Shown here: positions 56,454-64,000 of the stretch, piece by piece
Position numbering within the stretch: position 1 is the stretch's first letter
How the letters are laid out: each line of letters opens with the position of its first letter
Assembly (NCBI GenBank): GCA_946622285.1
Contig: CAMOPK010000001.1
Location: 41,343-105,342 of the forward strand
Origin: an uncultured Bacillota bacterium
GTDB taxonomy: Bacteria > Bacillota_I > Bacilli_A > RF39 > UBA660
Length of the DNA: 64,000 nt
Direction: 5' to 3'
Notes under the pieces: model-generated
The model's database searches: none
What the model was told of the DNA's origin: nothing
What the model saw: the letters and a program-made list of their open reading frames with translations, nothing else
Program-made: the position numbers and the translations under genes

Positions 56454-56657
56454 TTATCTTCTATATGTGTGATATTTTTCAATATCTATGTTATAACTAA
56501 GAGCCATTCTTATTATTTCATCAGGTGATTCAATTGTTTCTGCTGCAACTAAATCAGCATTCGCCATCATTTCAATTGGAGTAGCTGGTCCAATTACAGA
56601 AACTAATTCTTCTCTTATAGATTCAATATCATATTCATCTGGATTTATATTGTACAT
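56454..56657 (-). CDS. Hypothetical small acidic protein (67 aa)
   Basis: ORF 10 nt downstream of the CapA-SGNH fusion gene; no motif. Confidence 0.3.
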   Translation of the reverse strand: MYNINPDEYDIESIREELVSVIGPATPIEMMANADLVAAETIESPDEIIRMALSYNIDIEKYHTYRR

Positions 56658-56666
56658 AAATACCTC

Positions 56667-59330
56667 CTAGTTATTTATAACTGCTTCACTATATAAATTG
56701 ATTCCATTTATCTTATTTGGATGAATATGATCCTTCAAATAGTATTTAGAATCTATTCCTTTTAATTCATTAAGAATATATTCATTTGGATCAATATATA
56801 AATAATTATTTTTAATACTATAATCTTTCAAAGAATTAGAATATTTTGCAAATAATACTTCTTTATCACTTTGATTTAAAGGAGTTACTAAATCACTTAC
56901 AAGTGAAGTCCAAGGTGCTATAAAAATAATTTTAGCATCTTTATTTTCCTTCTTAATTAGTTTTACAAGTAAATCAATATTTTCAATATATTCTTTTTCA
57001 TCCATTGCACAAATACTCTTATCACGATATCTGATATCATTTGTTCCAATTGCAATTATATTTAAATCAGAAACACAGTTTTTAATTTCTTTTTCTTTAT
57101 TATTTAATAACATTTTAACCGTATGAGAACCATATGCAGCAGCCTTAACCTCACCTTCAAAATTCGCAATTAAAGGCTCATACCAACCATATCCACCATT
57201 TTTAGTTCCTTCAGTTACAGAGTCTCCAATAAAGCAATAACTTGTTGCATTTTTAAGTTCATTATAAACTTCATTTTCCATATAAGAACTTATATCTAAT
57301 GCCTTAACTTTATTTCTTTTATAACCATCTTTATAGAAGAAATATCTTTCTTCAATATTAGTTATATCTAATTCTTCATTTATCATTACTTTAGTTATGA
57401 GTGAATGAACTTCTTTAATTCTCTTCATTTCATAAAGACCAATTGAATTATAAAGTTCTTTATTCGTCATTATTTCATATATTGGTAATGCTTTAAAAAA
57501 TCCATCATTACTTGCATATGTATACATTGGAATAACTGCTGAAGTAATTACTTTTTTAGTATTTTTATCAATATAAACATCAACTATACTTGTTGCATCA
57601 CCATCAAAATCGCGATATAGATTAGCAAAATTTCCTGGGCAATTAACAACAAATGTGTCTCCAATATATTCAATAGGTTCAACTGCATGTGCATGATTAC
57701 CTAAGATTATATCAGCACCATATTCAGCAAATATTTGATTCCAAGTATTTTGATAAGTATCAGTTCCATGTGAAAACTGTGTTCCCATATGTGGTAATAC
57801 TATAATTAAATCAACTTTTGATTTTAAGTTTTCAAAGTCTTTTTTTACATTTTCTTTTATTCTATTAAAGTTTTTACTATATGGACTTACTATTAATGAT
57901 TTAACTTTTAAATTAATTAAATCTTCTTCAGTATAGTAATTACTACCATATGTATATGTAAGAATACCTATTTTAAGATTATCTTTTTCAATTATTTTAG
58001 AGTTGTCATTTAAAGCATCTATATAATCCATATTAAGTTTTTTCAAGTTTTCAATTGTTTCTTTATAGCCATCAACACCTTGATCAAACATGTGATTATT
58101 TGCTAATGTTACTAAATCAATATTGCTATTTTTAATGCTTTCTACAAATTCAATTGGATAATTCAAGTAAAGAGCAACTCCATCGTCAAAATTACCAACA
58201 CTATAAGGTTTATTAGCAACTGGTCCTTCTAATGTACCAATTGTTAAGTCAGATTTTAAGTATTTTTTAGCATATTCAAACATTGGATCAAAATTATATT
58301 TTCCAGAACTATATCCACTTCTAACTTGATTTTCAAGCATTATTAAGTCTCCAACAAATGAGATTTTAAATGAATTGTTAACTTCATTTATTTCTTTTTC
58401 ACTCATTTTTGGATACATTTTATCAACATTATAATTTGTTTTTAAATGTGGAATTGTTAAAAAGATAATTAATAAAACTAAACTTGTGATTAGTATTATT
58501 GTTTTATCTATTTTTTCTACTTTTTCAATTAGTTTTTGAACATATTTATTATTAGTTAAGATTATTAAGAAAATTGCAAATAAAACTGCATATAAAATAT
58601 AGCAATTACTATAAAACTTTTGATTAACAATTACTAAAAATAAATTAGTAATAACTGGTATTAATGATATTAAAAGTATTTCTTTATTTCCATCTTTATC
58701 TATTTTAAAGATATTACCAAATGAATATAGGAATACTAAAGCAATACCAAAATAACCTGCTCTAAAAAGTAAATGTTTTTTAGATTCAATAATACTTAAA
58801 TTTAAGATATCAAATGAAACATAGAAGCGTTTTAAAATAAATATAGTTGCTAGAACTAATATTACTAAAACTATAGCACTTACTATTTTTTTTGTTTTTT
58901 CACTTATTTTTAGCTTTAATTCATATCTTCCAAGAAGAAAGAATGGAAATAAGCTAATTAACCAAGATTCTAAATAAAATCCACTCAATAAGGCTATAAT
59001 AAAGAATATTGGTATATAAATAAATTTATCAAAGTATTTATAAATCATATTCCAGATAATAATACATGGAATTATTCTGATTAAACCAAGTGAATTATCT
59101 TTAAAAATTATTAAATTTATTAAGGCTAAAATAATTGCAATTAAAAATGCAAAGTTAATATTTATATCTTTTTTCTTACCAAAGTAAAAAGCAACACCTG
59201 TTAAACTAATGAAGCTTAACATTTTGACTAAAAAATAAATTAAACTTTCTTCATTTAAAATAGCATATGGATATAAAAGAGCATTAATAATTACTAAAAA
59301 TAAAAGAATTAAACCCAAACGATCTTTCAT
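56667..59330 (-). CDS. Three-domain envelope protein: polytopic membrane domain + CapA/PgsA-type metallophosphatase domain + C-terminal SGNH/GDSL hydrolase
   Basis: ~320-aa TM region; CapA-like ISFVGDLIM...LANNHMFDQGVDG...; C-terminal SGNH-type motifs CFIGDSVTEG, AIGTNDI, DHIHPN. Confidence 0.6.
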   Translation of the reverse strand: MKDRLGLILLFLVIINALLYPYAILNEESLIYFLVKMLSFISLTGVAFYFGKKKDININFAFLIAIILALINLIIFKDNSLGLIRIIPCIIIWNMIYKYFDKFIYIPIFFIIALLSGFYLESWLISLFPFFLLGRYELKLKISEKTKKIVSAIVLVILVLATIFILKRFYVSFDILNLSIIESKKHLLFRAGYFGIALVFLYSFGNIFKIDKDGNKEILLISLIPVITNLFLVIVNQKFYSNCYILYAVLFAIFLIILTNNKYVQKLIEKVEKIDKTIILITSLVLLIIFLTIPHLKTNYNVDKMYPKMSEKEINEVNNSFKISFVGDLIMLENQVRSGYSSGKYNFDPMFEYAKKYLKSDLTIGTLEGPVANKPYSVGNFDDGVALYLNYPIEFVESIKNSNIDLVTLANNHMFDQGVDGYKETIENLKKLNMDYIDALNDNSKIIEKDNLKIGILTYTYGSNYYTEEDLINLKVKSLIVSPYSKNFNRIKENVKKDFENLKSKVDLIIVLPHMGTQFSHGTDTYQNTWNQIFAEYGADIILGNHAHAVEPIEYIGDTFVVNCPGNFANLYRDFDGDATSIVDVYIDKNTKKVITSAVIPMYTYASNDGFFKALPIYEIMTNKELYNSIGLYEMKRIKEVHSLITKVMINEELDITNIEERYFFYKDGYKRNKVKALDISSYMENEVYNELKNATSYCFIGDSVTEGTKNGGYGWYEPLIANFEGEVKAAAYGSHTVKMLLNNKEKEIKNCVSDLNIIAIGTNDIRYRDKSICAMDEKEYIENIDLLVKLIKKENKDAKIIFIAPWTSLVSDLVTPLNQSDKEVLFAKYSNSLKDYSIKNNYLYIDPNEYILNELKGIDSKYYLKDHIHPNKINGINLYSEAVINN

Positions 59331-59337
59331 ATTTCAC

Positions 59338-59952
59338 CTATTTCTTAATGAATTTTTCATTTTCATAATAATAAGTATTATTACCTATTTTCTTTATAAA
59401 ATGATTATCCATTCCTTTTTTCACTATTTTTCTTGGATGATCTAAAACAACTAATGTATCATCATCTATATCTTCAGCAACAACTGCACCTGCTCCGATT
59501 CTAACATTATTTCCTATTTTAATATTACCTATTATTTTAGCACCTGCTCCTATAAAAACATTATCTCCAATTGTTGGAGAACCTTGTTTTTTAGAATCGG
59601 CTAAGGTATTTGATCCTATTGTTACATCTTGAAATATTACACAGTTTTCACCTATTTTAGCATCATCTGAAATGAAGATTCCAAATACTCCATGTGGAAA
59701 ACAAGGAATGTTTTTAAATTCAGCATGAATTCCAATATAAGAACATCTTTTCATGAAATAGTCGTTATAATAGCTAGCAACCATTCCCCCTTGAATATTG
59801 TTTTCTTTTATTTTTTTTCTCACGTTCCAAATATTTTTATATTTACAAACAACAATTTTATTTGTAATAGGTCTCACTATATCTTTTAAAACATTTTTAA
59901 ACATGAATAATCCTATATGTTTTCCATTATATTCACCATATTCAGTAGTCAT
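59338..59952 (-). CDS. Hexapeptide-repeat (left-handed beta-helix) O-acetyltransferase
   Basis: Repeats IGENCVIFQDVTIGSN ... IGDNVFIGAGAKIIGNIKIGNNVRIGAGAVV. Confidence 0.7.
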   Translation of the reverse strand: MTTEYGEYNGKHIGLFMFKNVLKDIVRPITNKIVVCKYKNIWNVRKKIKENNIQGGMVASYYNDYFMKRCSYIGIHAEFKNIPCFPHGVFGIFISDDAKIGENCVIFQDVTIGSNTLADSKKQGSPTIGDNVFIGAGAKIIGNIKIGNNVRIGAGAVVAEDIDDDTLVVLDHPRKIVKKGMDNHFIKKIGNNTYYYENEKFIKK

Positions 59953-60032
59953 ATTAACACCTCTATTTAATTATAACATTTACATAAAAAAAAGGATATT
60001 AAATATCCTTTTTTTGTTTAAATCATTAGTTC

Positions 60033-61796
60033 TTAAAGAGTATATTTTTTATTATCAATATTATCTTTAATCATTTTTAAGAATTCATCAATAGATAAAG
60101 TTGTTGTTTCTTGTGAACCAAAGCATCTATATGATATTGTTCTACTATCTCTTTCTTTATCACCTAAGATTAAAGTTAAAGGTATCTTACGAGTTTGAGT
60201 TTCTCTCATCTTATAAGATAATTTTTCTTCTCTTTGATCTAATTCTACTCTGATATTATTATCAGCAAGTAAATTCTTTATTTCAGTTGCATATTCCATA
60301 TGATATTCATTATTAACTGGTAGAATTACAACTTGTTTTGGTGCTAGCCATAAAGGTAAATTTCCTTTTGTTTCTTCTAAATAGTAAGCAATAGTTCTAT
60401 CAATTGAACCAAATACTGCACGGTGTAATACAACTGGTGTTTTTTTAGAACCATCTTTATCAACATAAGTTAGTTCGAATTTTGCTGGTAAGCAGAAATC
60501 GATTTGACAAGTTGATAATGAGAACTCATTTCCAACAGCTGGTTTTACTTGAACATCTAATTTTGGTCCATAGAATGCTGCATCACCAATTTTTTCTTCA
60601 TATGGAATACCAATTTCATCTAAGATTTTTCTTAAAGCATTTTCAGCAGTATTCCACATTTCATCATCTTGATGGAATTTTACTTTATCTTCTGGATCTC
60701 TTAAAGCAAGCTCGAATTTAAAATCTTTAATATTTAGTTCTTTATATACTTCAAGGATTAAATCAACAACATTTTTAAATTCTGATTCAATTTGTTCTGG
60801 AGTGCAGAAGATATGTGAATCGTTTTGACAGAATGTTCTTACTCTTTCAACACCTTTTAAAGATCCTGATGATTCATAACGACAATCTCTTGCTATTTCA
60901 GCAATACGAAGTGGTAAATCACGATAAGAATGAATTTCATTACCATAGATAACCATGTGATGAGGACAGTTCATTGGTCTTAAAACATATTCTTCATCTT
61001 CAACTTGCATGATTGGGAACATTGCATCTTTGTAGTGTTCCAAGTGACCTGAAGTTTTGTACAAATTGACATTACCTAAAGGTGGAGTTTGTACATGTAA
61101 ATATCCTCTTTTAATTTCTTTATCACGAATGTAAGTTTCAAGTAAATTCCATAGAATAAATCCATTTGGTAAATACATTGGAAGTCCTCTACCAACTAAA
61201 TCAGACATCATATAGATACCTAAGTCTTTACCTAGTTTTCTATGATCTCTTTCTTTTGCTTCTTCTAATGCTTGAATATGTTTATTTAAATCTTCTTCAT
61301 TTTCAAAGCAAATGCCATAGATTCTTTGAAGCATTTTATTTTTAGAGTCACCTTTCCAGTAAGCACCACTGAATTTGATAAGTTTAAAATATTTAATTTC
61401 TTTTACAGATTCTACATGAGGTCCACGACAAAGATCTGTAAAGTCACCTTGTGTATAGCAACTAATAACTGTAGAGTCCTCGTCCATATTGTTGATTAAA
61501 TCAATTTTATATGGATCATCCTTAAACATATCTAAAGCTTCACTTTTAGATATTTCATGTCTTACAATTCTTTTACCATCTTTAGAAATTTTTTTCATTT
61601 CTTTTTCAATTTTTGGTAAATCTTCTTCTGTTAAAGTTACATCACCTAAATCAATGTCATAGTAAAATCCTTCTTCAATTACTGGTCCTACCCAGAATTT
61701 AGCATTTGGATATAAATGCTTTACTGCTTGTGCAAGTAAATGGGCACAACTATGATTTAGTTTGTTTAGTCTTTCGTCTTCTTTAATGTTTATCAT
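60033..61796 (-). CDS. thrS: Threonine--tRNA ligase
   Basis: Class II catalytic core motif FRDLPLRIAEIARDCRYESSG with C-terminal anticodon-binding domain; true start MINIKEDERL at 61796. The track's N-terminal 22 aa is the T-box terminator. Confidence 0.95.
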   Translation of the reverse strand: MINIKEDERLNKLNHSCAHLLAQAVKHLYPNAKFWVGPVIEEGFYYDIDLGDVTLTEEDLPKIEKEMKKISKDGKRIVRHEISKSEALDMFKDDPYKIDLINNMDEDSTVISCYTQGDFTDLCRGPHVESVKEIKYFKLIKFSGAYWKGDSKNKMLQRIYGICFENEEDLNKHIQALEEAKERDHRKLGKDLGIYMMSDLVGRGLPMYLPNGFILWNLLETYIRDKEIKRGYLHVQTPPLGNVNLYKTSGHLEHYKDAMFPIMQVEDEEYVLRPMNCPHHMVIYGNEIHSYRDLPLRIAEIARDCRYESSGSLKGVERVRTFCQNDSHIFCTPEQIESEFKNVVDLILEVYKELNIKDFKFELALRDPEDKVKFHQDDEMWNTAENALRKILDEIGIPYEEKIGDAAFYGPKLDVQVKPAVGNEFSLSTCQIDFCLPAKFELTYVDKDGSKKTPVVLHRAVFGSIDRTIAYYLEETKGNLPLWLAPKQVVILPVNNEYHMEYATEIKNLLADNNIRVELDQREEKLSYKMRETQTRKIPLTLILGDKERDSRTISYRCFGSQETTTLSIDEFLKMIKDNIDNKKYTL

Positions 61797-62045
61797 ATTA
61801 TCATTCCTTTCCAATAAAAAACTCCTACAGAAAACTGCAGGAGTGCAATTACACGGTACCATCCTTTTTTTAACTTAATTAGATAACGGTTTTTAAGCCG
61901 GGCGCCTTTTTCAAGACCTGTTTATAGGTAGTAACCTTTGATGTTTTCCTTCAGTCAATTTTCACCATTCATGACTTCTCTTTTAAGTAACTTTCAAAAG
62001 TCGTGTCCTAATCAATACATTTATAAGTACATTTTAACACTTTTT
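61797..62045 (-). promoter_or_regulatory. T-box riboswitch leader of thrS (T-box AAGGAUGGUACCGUG; terminator CUCCUGCAG...CUGUAGGAG + U6; candidate specifier ACU)
   Basis: Own reverse complement of 61830-61880: GGATGGTACCGTGTAATTGCACTCCTGCAGTTTTCTGTAGGAGTTTTTTATTGG. Confidence 0.75.
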
Positions 62046-62073
62046 TTTATTTTTGCAAGTCTTTTCCTTGTAT

Positions 62074-62101
62074 TACAATAAAAAATAGTATTTGCACGCA
62101 A
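62074..62101 (-). terminator. Strong rho-independent terminator (AATAGTATTTGC-AC-GCAAATACTATT + T-run)
   Basis: 12-bp perfect stem directly after the 62105 stop, isolating the upstream two-gene cassette from the thrS leader. Confidence 0.65.
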
Positions 62102-62104
62102 ATA

Positions 62105-62734
62105 CTATTTTAAATCATTTGTTCTTACTATAGGACCTTTAACTTTTGATGGTGGTGTATCTACCCATTCACCACCAACACAGTATTTAACAATTGGTGT
62201 TGGTAAAATATGCCCTTTTTTATCAAAATATTGTTCTCTTACCATTAAATCACTTGCTTCACGCATATCGACTGCAAAGTCATAGGCATTTCCTACATAA
62301 GGAAAATAGAATATTGGTTCTTTTACAAATCGATGTGGATTAGCTCCTCCAGGAAAATCATCTAGTGTAAGTCCTTCTAGTTGAATATCAAGTCCAACTA
62401 CTTGTGACCTAAATGCTTCTTCTGTTTCTTCTAAAAGTTTTTTCCAATCATCATCTTGTAAAAATGGTGTTGATTTTATATCTTCTATAGCGTACTTATA
62501 AGATACTAATGCAGTTTCAATAATTGTATTGATGTTGCAATAAGCTAGTCCTCCACCATATGGACGATTTAATTCTTTAAAATACCAATATACTAGTTCT
62601 ACAATAGCAGTAATTGATTCTTTTTTTATAAATTTAAGTCCATCATGCATTACTGCAGAATCAAGTTCAATTGATGTTATCTCTCTCATCTTATCTGCTA
62701 TGAATGCTGCTTGTGCATCATATTGACTTTCCAT
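62105..62734 (-). CDS. Hypothetical cytoplasmic protein (209 aa), companion of the extended methyltransferase
   Basis: No recognised motif; its RBS lies 36 nt after the upstream stop. Confidence 0.4.
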   Translation of the reverse strand: MESQYDAQAAFIADKMREITSIELDSAVMHDGLKFIKKESITAIVELVYWYFKELNRPYGGGLAYCNINTIIETALVSYKYAIEDIKSTPFLQDDDWKKLLEETEEAFRSQVVGLDIQLEGLTLDDFPGGANPHRFVKEPIFYFPYVGNAYDFAVDMREASDLMVREQYFDKKGHILPTPIVKYCVGGEWVDTPPSKVKGPIVRTNDLK

Positions 62735-62770
62735 TAATTTAACACCTCTACTAGTTAGGTTATGCTTCTA

Positions 62771-63916
62771 TTAATTCCCCTGGCTTATTTGATATGCAGA
62801 TGCTTTTCTTACAATTGGTGGAAGACCAAAATTTTCTCTTAAAACTGCTGGATCCATATATTCTAATCCACGATGTAATAAGACTTGATACATACGATCA
62901 TCATATAAATAATCATATTTATGATCATACTTAGTTGTTGGTCTTCTTGTTTCGATTTCATCGTCTTCTTCATCAAAATCCATTGTCATGAAGTCGTCTT
63001 CGCGAACTCTTCTTTCAGTAAATCTTCTTGATTTAATTCCTTTATCATTACGAACTAAGTCTTGAACTAATTGTGAAAGTTGTAAGTTAGTTAATTCATA
63101 AATACTAGAATTTAAAATCCTATCAGATGTAAATCTAGTGCTTACTACACTTTCCATATTATTTTTATGTTTACCTGCTTTATAAACTTTTCCTTGAGCA
63201 ACCATCATTTGATAAATTCTACCGATTGATGGACATTTTCCTTTTTTATCCATTAATAATTCTCTTAAGATTCTATCAATTGTTGTTTTTTGTTTTTTTG
63301 GTTCTAAACGAACAATAAATGAAGTTACAGCTGGTTCTGGAAAGAATGCTGAACTTGGAACAGCTCCAATGACATCAACGTCAAAAAATGCTTTTGTAAT
63401 CATTCCCATTATTCCGAATTCTGGGTTAGCATGTCTACTATTACCTTCTGTAATTTGAACAGGTGCCACCATTTTTCTTAATGAATTTTGAGAAATCATT
63501 ATTGTGATTCCTTTTAATTTTGAACTATGTGGATCACTTGGATTATAATCTAATGCTCCACTTCTTGCTAAATTGATTAATAGTGGTTCTGTTATTGTAT
63601 ATGGTAAATTTGCAACCATACGATCAAATTCAGAATAATCAAATGCTAATGCGTCACCTTCAACAACACTAACATTTCCACAGTTTGCATACTTGTTACG
63701 TAAGTAACCAGCATAGTATGGATCTTTTTCAATAACTGTTATATAGTCAGTTCCTTGTCTTAAATAATCAGTTAAAGCTCCTTCACCACCACCGATTTCA
63801 ACGATTGATTCGCCTTCTTCGATTCCGGCATTTGCAATAATAGTTTCCAAAGTTTCAGCATCTTTTAAAAAGTGTTGATCTTTAGTTGGATTTGGATTCT
63901 TTTCAAACTCTGTCAT
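62771..63916 (-). CDS. rRNA adenine N6-methyltransferase family protein (KsgA/Erm fold) with ~130-aa charged C-terminal extension
   Basis: DQHFLKDAETL, SAM motif VEIGGGEGALT, catalytic VANLPYTITEP; C-terminal tail rich in R/D/E/Y (RFTERRVREDDFMTMDFDEEDDEIETRR...). Strong RBS AAGGGGGG. Confidence 0.6.
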   Translation of the reverse strand: MTEFEKNPNPTKDQHFLKDAETLETIIANAGIEEGESIVEIGGGEGALTDYLRQGTDYITVIEKDPYYAGYLRNKYANCGNVSVVEGDALAFDYSEFDRMVANLPYTITEPLLINLARSGALDYNPSDPHSSKLKGITIMISQNSLRKMVAPVQITEGNSRHANPEFGIMGMITKAFFDVDVIGAVPSSAFFPEPAVTSFIVRLEPKKQKTTIDRILRELLMDKKGKCPSIGRIYQMMVAQGKVYKAGKHKNNMESVVSTRFTSDRILNSSIYELTNLQLSQLVQDLVRNDKGIKSRRFTERRVREDDFMTMDFDEEDDEIETRRPTTKYDHKYDYLYDDRMYQVLLHRGLEYMDPAVLRENFGLPPIVRKASAYQISQGN

Positions 63917-64000
63917 AATTAACCCCCCTTAAATTCAAAATTCCTTGATTAAGTTTGTATTTTAACACATTTTTATAGTTTGTCAAATCAACTTATTTTT

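Noticed and set aside
1-64000. CRISPR arrays, IS elements, integrases, phage structural genes, toxin-antitoxin pairs
   Set aside because: Looked for regularly spaced direct repeats, transposase or integrase motifs and small paired ORFs. None were found. Repeats seen are short hairpin terminators, the 23-nt intragenic duplication and AT homopolymer runs.

Overview
This 64 kb window reads as chromosomal DNA from a very AT-rich, low-GC Firmicute (Bacillota) that uses the standard genetic code. A BofA-like gene suggests a spore-former. All but one gene (hpt) lie on the minus strand. I see no IS elements, integrases, phage genes or CRISPR arrays.

Housekeeping content includes valS and thrS, each behind a T-box leader that the ORF track mis-reads as an N-terminal extension, tRNA-Asn(GTT), hpt, dut, rdgB, a short Rel, an RlmD/RumA-type 23S rRNA methyltransferase and an anaerobic RNR operon. 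Other blocks are a Fur-family regulator with a znuACB-type ABC-3 metal importer, two ABC-related transporter genes, and many membrane-anchored envelope enzymes. These include an OatA-like acyltransferase, a NodB deacetylase, a VanY-like M15 peptidase, an M48 peptidase, an EEP nuclease/phosphatase and two tandem C39-like peptidase proteins. A cluster of small-molecule-modifying enzymes (APH-like kinase, GNATs, NUDIX) is also present.

The most unusual items are:
- The nrd operon: a catalytically dead NrdD paralogue with an ATP-cone, then NrdG, then NrdD fused to a glutaredoxin-like domain, then a thioredoxin-reductase homologue lacking the NADPH-binding HRR motif.
- A 46-aa metallothionein-like peptide with 13 cysteines and an internal 23-nt duplication, co-transcribed with a YcxB-like membrane protein.
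- A translationally coupled pair of an 1155-aa protein ending in a calcineurin-like phosphoesterase domain and an NT5C-type 5'(3')-deoxyribonucleotidase.
- A decayed duplicate of the rlmD 3' end on the far side of a NUDIX gene.
- Two divergent KsgA/Erm-family methyltransferase paralogues, one with a long C-terminal tail and a companion gene of unknown function.
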